This document shows, one piece after another, positions 57,353-64,000 of a stretch of DNA of 64,000 nucleotides. The stretch spans positions 1 to 64,000 of the IMG/VR virus record IMGVR_UViG_3300032770_000005; one strand, 5' to 3'. Within the stretch, counting starts at the first letter, position 1. Every line of letters starts with the position of its first letter. Source of the stretch: a virus. Under the pieces are notes generated by a model, which had not been told where the DNA came from, made no database searches, and saw nothing but the letters and a program-made list of their open reading frames with translations. The translations under genes and the position numbers were made by a program.

Positions 57353-59214
57353 GCGTCAAGGTCTATCGCTATGGTTTGGGCGCACCGGTCGAGAACGAAG
57401 CGTTGGTGCGGGCGCAGCTGCGTGCGGCGCATCACTACCGCAACGCGCTCGTCGAGGTCGAGCGGTGGCGCCGCGCCGAGCACCGACGACTGCTCGGTGC
57501 GCATCCGGGCGTCGGGCCGGCGGAGGCCGCGGTGACGCTCGCCCATGCGGTGCTCGACGAGGCGTTGACCGCCGTCAAGCGCGTGAAGGGGGCGAGTCGC
57601 AGCGGTGCGGTGCCGTCGGAGTTGCGCGCTGCGCTCCATGTGGCGCGCTCCCGCAAGGCCGATGCCGTGCGAGCGTTCCGAGAGGCGCGAGCGGCGCTGC
57701 GCGGAGACGAAGCGCTGAACGCCGAGCGGGCGCGCGTCGACGAGACGGCTGCTCAGCGGCGGAAGGCCCTCCGAGCGTCCTGCGGCGTCTACTGGGGCAC
57801 GTACCTCGGGATCGAAGCGGCGGATGAGCAGTCGCGCAAGCAGCCGCTCTACGACGGCGCGGAGCCGCTCGACCCGCGGTTCATGCCGTGGACGGGCGAA
57901 GGACGTGTCGGCGTTCAGTTCCAGGGCGGCCTCGCGGTCGACCAGGTGGTGGACGACACGCGCATGAGGATCGAGGACGCGCAGCCGGTGCGCGTCTCAA
58001 AGCTCGGGCGCGTGCTGCCTCAGCGTGATCCGTCGAGCAAGCGATCCGCCCTCCGCCGCTACGCGACGCTCGCGCTGCGCGTCGGGTCCGACGACGATCG
58101 TGGGCCCGTGTGGGCTCGCTGGCCGCTCGTGCTGCACCGGCCGCTCCCCGAGGGCGGCGTCCTCAAGTGGGCACACGTCTCGCTCCGGCGGATCGGTCCG
58201 CGCGAGGAGTGGTCGCTGCTTTGCACCGTCGAGAGCGAGGACCGTCGCCCGCTGCCGCCGCTCGAAGCCGGAGCGGTCGCGGTCGATCTCGGGTGGCGGC
58301 AGATGGACGACGGCTCCGTGCGCGTCGCCTACTGGCTGGGCCAGGACGGGCAGGAGGGCGAACTGCGGCTCTCGCCGCGCGACCTCTCCGGGCTCTCGAA
58401 GGCGGACGAGGTGCGGGCTGTCCGCGACCGCGCCTTCGATGCCGCGCGCCGCGAGCTGCGTGAGTGGCTCGCCACGAACCCTGGTCGACCGTGGCTGAGG
58501 ACGAGGTGCGAGTGGATCGACCGGTGGAAGGCGCCGGGCCGGCTCGCCGCGACGGTCGTGCAGTGGCGCGCGGACGGCTTCCGCTTCGAGGGCGACAAGG
58601 AGATCTTCGTGAAGCTCGAAGCGTGGCGCAAGCAGGACAAGCACCTCTGGTGCTGGGAGACGTCGCAGCGCACGGGCGCGCTGCGAGCGAGGAAGGATCT
58701 GTACCGCCGCTTCGCGTGTGACCTGGCGCGTCGCTACCGCACGCTCGTGATCGAAGACTTCGACATGCGCGAGGTGTCGCGCCGACCTGCCGCGGACGAA
58801 GCGGCCGGCAACGCTGCCGCGCGGTCGATGAGGCAGCGGGCAGCGCCGAGCGAGGCTCGTCTCGCGCTCGTGCACGCGTTCCGCGACGTGTCGAAGCAGG
58901 ACCCCGCCGACACGACCCACGACTGCCACTCGTGCGGGTCGCGCGAGCAGTTCGATCAGGCGGCCGAGCTGGTCCATCGCTGCGGAGCGTGCGGCACCGA
59001 GTGGGACCAGGACCGGAACGCGGCTATCAACCTGATGCGTCGCGCGAGCGATGCCGGTGCTCTCGGAGAAGGCGGGGTCGCTCGCGAGCCGCGAGAGGCC
59101 AACGATTTCGAGGCGAAGCCCGCGGGCCGATGGGCGCGAGCGAAGGCGAAGAAGGCCGCTCGCATCGCGCAACAGGCGACCGCTCGCGAAGCGGCGCCCA
59201 GTGACGCGGAATGA
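57349..59214 (+). CDS. cas12m: Cas12m-like (type V-M/V-U1) effector B, 621 aa
   Basis: QLRAAHHYRNALVEVER, GVYWGTY, WTGEGRVGVQFQ, LHRPLP, RuvC-I AVDLGWR, RuvC-II LVIEDFD, CHSC..CGAC, RuvC-III WDQDRNAA; the array starts after a 19-nt gap. Confidence 0.82.
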   Translation: MSVKVYRYGLGAPVENEALVRAQLRAAHHYRNALVEVERWRRAEHRRLLGAHPGVGPAEAAVTLAHAVLDEALTAVKRVKGASRSGAVPSELRAALHVARSRKADAVRAFREARAALRGDEALNAERARVDETAAQRRKALRASCGVYWGTYLGIEAADEQSRKQPLYDGAEPLDPRFMPWTGEGRVGVQFQGGLAVDQVVDDTRMRIEDAQPVRVSKLGRVLPQRDPSSKRSALRRYATLALRVGSDDDRGPVWARWPLVLHRPLPEGGVLKWAHVSLRRIGPREEWSLLCTVESEDRRPLPPLEAGAVAVDLGWRQMDDGSVRVAYWLGQDGQEGELRLSPRDLSGLSKADEVRAVRDRAFDAARRELREWLATNPGRPWLRTRCEWIDRWKAPGRLAATVVQWRADGFRFEGDKEIFVKLEAWRKQDKHLWCWETSQRTGALRARKDLYRRFACDLARRYRTLVIEDFDMREVSRRPAADEAAGNAAARSMRQRAAPSEARLALVHAFRDVSKQDPADTTHDCHSCGSREQFDQAAELVHRCGACGTEWDQDRNAAINLMRRASDAGALGEGGVAREPREANDFEAKPAGRWARAKAKKAARIAQQATAREAAPSDAE

Positions 59215-59233
59215 TGGCGGATGCGAGCGGTCA

Positions 59234-60206
59234 GTTGCAGGGCCAGCGCGGGGGCCGAGTGCCTGCGACGCGTCCGCGAGCCCAACGACGCGATCCGCCT
59301 GCGCTGGCGTTGCAGGGCCAGCGCGGGGGCCGAGTGCCTGCGACGGGCGATCTCCGCGGCGTTCCGTCGCCGCTAAATCAGCGGGTTGCAGGGCCAGCGC
59401 GGGGGCCGAGTGCCTGCGACACGCCTGCGGACCTTCGAGTTCGGCTGCATGTCGCGAAGTTGCAGGGCCAGCGCGGGGGCCGAGTGCCTGCGACGTTGAG
59501 CAGATTGAAGGTGTTCACCCGCTTCGTCGCGGTTGCAGGGCCAGCGCGGGGGCCGAGTGCCTGCGACGTGGAGGCGGCGAAGACGAGCCGCCGGGGAATC
59601 TTTAGTTTGCAGGGCCAGCGCAGGGGCCTGGTGCTTGCGACTTCTGTCCGTGCTGCGGGCACAAGCCTGCGGAGTAGAGGTGCGAGGCCGGCGCGGGGGC
59701 CTGGTGCTCGCGACCCTCGGTAGCAATCGACCTTCGCGAGCGCGAGCGCCCAGTTGCATGGCCAGCGCGGGGGCCGAGTGCCCGCGACACCTCGGTGATG
59801 TAGCGCTTAGCGCCCGCGTCGCAGGGCCAGCGCGGGGGCCGAGTACCTGCGACCTCTCCAACTGCTCTTGCTCGGTCACGGTGATCTCCTGTTGCAGGGC
59901 CAGCGCGGGGGCCGTGTGCCTGCGACAAACCCCGCGTCGATGAGATCGTACTCGCCCACTCCGGTCGCGAAGCCAGCGCAGGGGCTTTGTGCCTGCGACG
60001 CCAGGCTCGCGAAGGTTGGGCGTGTCGATAGGCCGGCGCGGGGGCCTTGTGCCTGCGACCGTAGGTAGTCCTTCGTGACGCCCAGCATCTGGGCGACGTT
60101 GCAGGGCCAGCGCGAGGGCTTGGTGCTCGCGACAGCCGCTTCACGATCTCGAAGACCCTCTTCTCGTTGTGTGGCGAGGCCTGCGCAGGGGCCTTGTGCC
60201 TGCGAC
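59234..60206 (+). CRISPR. CRISPR array of repeat family B: 14 repeats, 13 spacers (24-40 nt)
   Basis: GTTGCAGGGCCAGCGCGGGGGCCGAGTGCCTGCGAC exact at 59234, 59309, 59385, 59459 and 59532; variants at 59605, 59679, 59753, 59818, 59891, 59964, 60024, 60098 and 60171. Confidence 0.97.
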
Positions 60207-60236
60207 CTCACGCCGCAGGGTGCATGCCTCGCCCAC

Positions 60237-60527
60237 TCAGAAGCCGTTGCGCATGAGCCAGAGCGCGCAGGCGCGGTCGGGATCACCGTACAGATCTGGC
60301 GTCGTGCACGGGTTCACGTCGTAGTAGTAGCCGTCGCTGTACCAGGGCCCGGTTCCCCACCACGGACCTCCCCACCATCCGCCCCCGCCGCCATAGAAAC
60401 GGCGCCCCCTGCGTCCGCGTCCGCGACCTCCGCCGCCATGCCAGCCCCCGCCGCCGTGGCCGCCCCCGCCACCTCCATGGCCACCGCCTCCGCCGCCCTT
60501 GCCGAGCCCGCGGTCGTGGTAGCTCAT
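60237..60527 (-). CDS. small Gly-rich protein
   Basis: MSYHDRGLGKGGGG...RGRGRR...WWGGPWW; ATGA coupling. Confidence 0.55.
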   Translation of the reverse strand: MSYHDRGLGKGGGGGGHGGGGGGHGGGGWHGGGGRGRGRRGRRFYGGGGGWWGGPWWGTGPWYSDGYYYDVNPCTTPDLYGDPDRACALWLMRNGF

Positions 60528-60769
60528 CGACGCGCCCGTCGACGGTTCGACGACATGTGGCGCGCAAGCCCGCGGCCCCACCAGCCGAGCCCGAAGCCGA
60601 CGAGGCCGGCGGCTGCGATGCCGAAGCCGGCACCGAAGGACAGCACCGAGGTCGTGACGTCTTGCCCGAGACCGGCGACCGCTGGCGGAGCGGCTGCCTG
60701 GCAACCGCAGCCGAGGCCGGCGAATGGGTAGCGGGCAGATCGCATCGCGCTCACGGAGGCGTAGGCCAT
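60524..60769 (-). CDS. small membrane protein with GLG motifs and Arg tail
   Basis: AGLGC, AGLGQ, TM helix, SNRRRARR. Confidence 0.6.
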   Translation of the reverse strand: MAYASVSAMRSARYPFAGLGCGCQAAAPPAVAGLGQDVTTSVLSFGAGFGIAAAGLVGFGLGWWGRGLARHMSSNRRRARR

Positions 60770-60792
60770 GGCGAGCATGGTAGCTCAGGACC

Positions 60793-61722
60793 GTGTACGC
60801 TTCCAAGCGCGTGCACCCGCTGGCAAAAGTAGCGCTGGGGATCCTCGGCACAGCGTACGCGCACGAGGTGATCGTCAAGCCGGGGCAGTATGCACGGCTC
60901 GCACGCTCGTACGCCGATCGCCGTGGCAAGCCGATGCTGGCCTTCGTTCCGCCGCGAGGTCACACGATCCAGTCGATCGTGTCTGCGCCCCTCGCGCTCG
61001 GAGACGTGAACCTGCATCCGGCAGCAGCAGCGGGACCGACAGGTCGCGGCCGAGTCGCGCGAGGCAACCCCTACGACATGCGCGGCGTGCCGAACAAGCA
61101 CTTCGCCTCGATCTTCAGCCACGGCCTTCTGGAGAACCTCGACCGACCAGACCTCGTGCTCGCTGAGTGGCACCGCGTGGCCGAGCGGCTCTTCATCGTC
61201 GTGCCGTCGTGGTGGACGCCGAACGCGTGGACCGCGAAGTGGAGGATCGATCCTCGGCTTCAAAGCGCGACGCCCGTCTGGGCGAAGTCGCCGCGATCTG
61301 TGCGGTTGCCGCAGCCGGCGCCGCGTGGCTATGCTCTTCCGACAACATGTCCGACACCTTCTCGTCCGACCCCGAAGACAGCTCCGGCCGCACGCCGGCC
61401 GCCGCGCCTGCCGGCGGTGAGACCTCAGGCCTCGGCGTCTCCGAGCCAGAGCCCGCCGTTCGACAGCGGGCCGTCTCCAGCATCGCCAGCGATGACGATG
61501 CCTCTTCTGCCGGAGGCCGCCCCTGGCCCCGGAACGGAAGTGCCGAGGATGTCGTCGGCGACCCAGCAGGACCTGGAGGAGCTGGCGCAAGCGAGCCGGA
61601 TGAACCAAGCGTCGCCGTCGATGGACGAGGAGCCGTTCCTGCCCGATCTGGTTACGCCCTCGTCCGAGTCGGTGGTCTCCTCGATGATGGTCGTGAGTGG
61701 GTCCGACGACACGGACTACTGA
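60793..61722 (+). CDS. degenerate class I SAM-methyltransferase-like protein with Pro-rich tail
   Basis: VPNKHFASIFSHGLLENLDRPDLVLAEWHRV. Confidence 0.55.
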   Translation: MYASKRVHPLAKVALGILGTAYAHEVIVKPGQYARLARSYADRRGKPMLAFVPPRGHTIQSIVSAPLALGDVNLHPAAAAGPTGRGRVARGNPYDMRGVPNKHFASIFSHGLLENLDRPDLVLAEWHRVAERLFIVVPSWWTPNAWTAKWRIDPRLQSATPVWAKSPRSVRLPQPAPRGYALPTTCPTPSRPTPKTAPAARRPPRLPAVRPQASASPSQSPPFDSGPSPASPAMTMPLLPEAAPGPGTEVPRMSSATQQDLEELAQASRMNQASPSMDEEPFLPDLVTPSSESVVSSMMVVSGSDDTDY

Positions 61723-61965
61723 GCGATCAGATCTTCACGCGGTCCGTCGCCGTGAAGTACGCGCAGCAGAAGGCGCGGGAGGAGCAGGACGGGTACCTGA
61801 CCGTGATCGATCCGCACGGCCGTTGCGCCGCGATCTTCACGCGCACCGGCAGCGCTCCGACATCCGACACGGCGCGCTACATCAAGCGCGTGCTCGCGCG
61901 GAGCGGCCTGTTGGTGAAGCGCACGAGCCGTCCGAACCGCGCGAAGAGACGCACGAGCCGACGGT

Positions 61966-62247
61966 ATGACGATGCTGGAGAGCAGGGTCAACGCGGTCGA
62001 AGCGCGACGCGTGCTGGGCGTCACGCAAGAAGCGTTCGCTGGCATCCTCGGCGTGTCGTTCGTGACCGTGAACCGGTGGGAGAACGGTCACGCGGTTCCT
62101 CTGCGGCCGGTGCAAGATCTCCTCGACGCCCTGCTTGCCGCCTCGTGTCGCGTCAGCCGCGAGAAGCTCAGGTCCGTGTGCACCCTCGATCGTCCCTCGT
62201 TTCTGCGAGAGCTGTACGCGCTGGCGTACCCGAGGCGGCGCAGGTGA
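61966..62247 (+). CDS. XRE-family HTH regulator
   Basis: RRVLGVTQEAFAGILGVSFVTVNRWENGHAVP. Confidence 0.88.
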   Translation: MTMLESRVNAVEARRVLGVTQEAFAGILGVSFVTVNRWENGHAVPLRPVQDLLDALLAASCRVSREKLRSVCTLDRPSFLRELYALAYPRRRR

Positions 62248-62311
62248 CACAGCACCCGCGTTCGGTCGGACCACCTTGCTTCGACCACTGTTTCCAGCGA
62301 AACTGCTCGAC

Positions 62312-62659
62312 ATGATGGCCAGAGGCTCGGCCGCGCTGCCTTCCTACACGCCCTCGCTGTACCTGCCCGGCTCGATGGGCCGCTACCGGCAGTACCCGCG
62401 CACCGTCGTCACACGCATCCCCGGCGCCGGCTACAAGGTCGGAAAGCTGGTCTGGGGCGAGCAGGTCCTGAACCTCGACGGCGCCGCGGTCGCGCCGTTC
62501 AACTACGCGTCCGTGCCTCTGCTCGGCCTGGGGCAGATCTTGCCGGCCGCGATGACGGCGAGCCCGCTGCTCGTGGCTGGCGCGCTCATCCTCATCTCGA
62601 ATCTCGCAAAGTCACGCGGCTCGGTCGCGAGCAACGCGCGCCGCCGGAGCCGACGATGA
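62312..62659 (+). CDS. membrane protein with GLGQ motif and Arg tail
   Basis: LLGLGQ, TM helix, SNARRRSRR. Confidence 0.6.
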   Translation: MMARGSAALPSYTPSLYLPGSMGRYRQYPRTVVTRIPGAGYKVGKLVWGEQVLNLDGAAVAPFNYASVPLLGLGQILPAAMTASPLLVAGALILISNLAKSRGSVASNARRRSRR

Positions 62660-63147
62660 GCTACGCGAAGGTGCTCACGGCCGCGCAGGCGAACGCTCAG
62701 ATGGGCTGGACGCCGGCGAAGATGCAGAGCTACTGGCGCCAGCGGGCGCAGCGATGCAGGGGCTTCGCCGACGAGGGCGCCTGCCTCGCTCGTGTCGCGC
62801 GCCATGCGCCGGTCACGATCGTGCCCGCAGGGCTTGGTCAGACGACCGCAGCTGACGTCGGCACGACGATCGCCGACGTCACGTCGGTCGTCGCCGGTCT
62901 GCTCGCGAACCCGGACCAGACGCTCCAGCAGCGGGGGCCGGCGATCGTGACCGCGCTCGACTCGTACGTCGTCGGCCCGCTCGTCGACGCGGCGGCGGCG
63001 CGTGCGACGCCCTATCTGGTCGGCTACCTGGGCCCGCCGGTCGTCGCGATGTACGTCATGGTCGCGCTGAGCACCTGGTTCTCGTACCAGGTCTTCGTTC
63101 AGAACCGCGACCGAGGTGTCGCGAAGAACAGGCGACGACGACGCTGA
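62656..63147 (+). CDS. membrane protein with GLGQ motif and Arg tail
   Basis: AGLGQ, TM helix, KNRRRRR. Confidence 0.65.
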   Translation: MSYAKVLTAAQANAQMGWTPAKMQSYWRQRAQRCRGFADEGACLARVARHAPVTIVPAGLGQTTAADVGTTIADVTSVVAGLLANPDQTLQQRGPAIVTALDSYVVGPLVDAAAARATPYLVGYLGPPVVAMYVMVALSTWFSYQVFVQNRDRGVAKNRRRRR

Positions 63148-63170
63148 GGGAAGGAGAGTCGGGGCACGCC

Positions 63171-63782
63171 ATGGCGATCAATCAGATCTCGAAGCAGGAC
63201 ATCATGCAGCTCGACCCGGTGCGTGCACGCGCAGGGCAGCGCTGGTGGCAGGAGACGGAACAGCGCGGCCGCATCGGCCGGCAGTCGGTGAACGCCGAGG
63301 AGGCAGCGCCGAAGACGTGGCTGCTCTGGAAGAACGCCTGGCAAGGCGAGGTCGAGGCGGTCATCGAGTGCGAGATCTACATCCAGCCGCGGGCGTCGGA
63401 CCCGCGTGAGATGGTCGGCGTCCTGCACGGGATGTGTCCGAAGTGCGGCGAGACGTTCCTCGTGCGTGAGGACAACAAGGAGATGGCGCTCGACTGGGTG
63501 ATCTATCGCGAGAGCAAGGGGCACCTCAGGGCATCGTGGGCGCAGTTCTGCCGCGAGCGAGGTCGATCGCCGCGGCAGGAGGACAAGATCGCAGTCGTGT
63601 CGTCGCCCGAGCGATGGCAGTGCGACTACTGCAAGAGCTGGTGCGTGCGTGTGACGGACTCCATCGCCATCACCGACATGACCGGCGCTACGCAGCTGTA
63701 CGTGACGGGCTCTCTCCGCAAGCGAGAGGACGGCACGGACGAGCTGGTGGTGGCGACGAAGGAGTCCGAGATCCTCCTCTGA
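63171..63782 (+). CDS. hypothetical protein with CxxC motifs
   Basis: AAGGAG upstream; CPKC, CDYC. Confidence 0.7.
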   Translation: MAINQISKQDIMQLDPVRARAGQRWWQETEQRGRIGRQSVNAEEAAPKTWLLWKNAWQGEVEAVIECEIYIQPRASDPREMVGVLHGMCPKCGETFLVREDNKEMALDWVIYRESKGHLRASWAQFCRERGRSPRQEDKIAVVSSPERWQCDYCKSWCVRVTDSIAITDMTGATQLYVTGSLRKREDGTDELVVATKESEILL

Positions 63783-63794
63783 CCGGAGAGCCGC

Positions 63795-64000
63795 ATGTCC
63801 TACCAGATTCAGTCGCGCACGTATCCCATCGGTCCCGGCTACTACCGGGAGCCGCAGACCTATCCGCTGTCGTACGGCATGCGGGGCATGGGCCAGCTCG
63901 CGCCGGCGCCGCCCGTGGCCACCGGCATCGGGGGCGCGGGCATCACGGTGCAGCAGATCGTGATCGGGGTCGTCGTGGTGATCATCGCGATCGTGGCGCT
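63795..64000 (+). CDS. 3'-truncated membrane protein with GMGQ motif
   Basis: GGAG RBS; MSYQIQ...GMRGMGQ...IVIGVVVVIIAIVA runs off the end of the window. Confidence 0.55.
   Translation, partial: MSYQIQSRTYPIGPGYYREPQTYPLSYGMRGMGQLAPAPPVATGIGGAGITVQQIVIGVVVVIIAIVA

Noticed and set aside
60060-60097. Spacer 12 self-targeting the XRE gene at 62012-62025
   Set aside because: Only 14 nt match, outside the 5' seed, and this is explained by the common LGVT coding motif of HTH genes.

Overview
This is a very GC-rich (about 70% by eye), gene-dense segment of a temperate virus or integrative element, probably from a myxobacterial host (inferred from a Myxococcus-type Cys-rich lipoprotein). It carries replication and recombination genes (SSAP-like protein, DUF669-like SSB, SF2 helicase, DEDDh exonuclease, AEP primase, a 1058-aa helicase-like protein), a MoxR/vWA pair, a DNA methyltransferase, a tyrosine integrase, beta-helix spike-like genes and a muramidase. 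No terminase or capsid gene was recognised. The main finding is a CRISPR system with no adaptation genes in the window. There are two Cas12m-like (type V-M/V-U1) effectors, at 8790-10550 and 57349-59214, both with an intact D-E-D RuvC triad, and four arrays built from two related 36-nt repeat families. These are a 14-repeat array after effector 2, two orphan arrays about 20 kb away whose heterogeneous repeats keep the hairpin through compensatory changes, and a 3-repeat mini-array after effector 1 in which one 'spacer' is a complete gene. Also present are a 3.7-kb IS1-family element with passenger genes (terminal inverted repeats and an 8-bp target duplication), a seven-copy paralog family with a hypervariable Ala-rich core, two dispersed operator-like motifs, many leaderless promoter-like starts, and a kinase-zincin fusion near a phosphatase. 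All family calls come from motif recognition by eye; no database searches were run.
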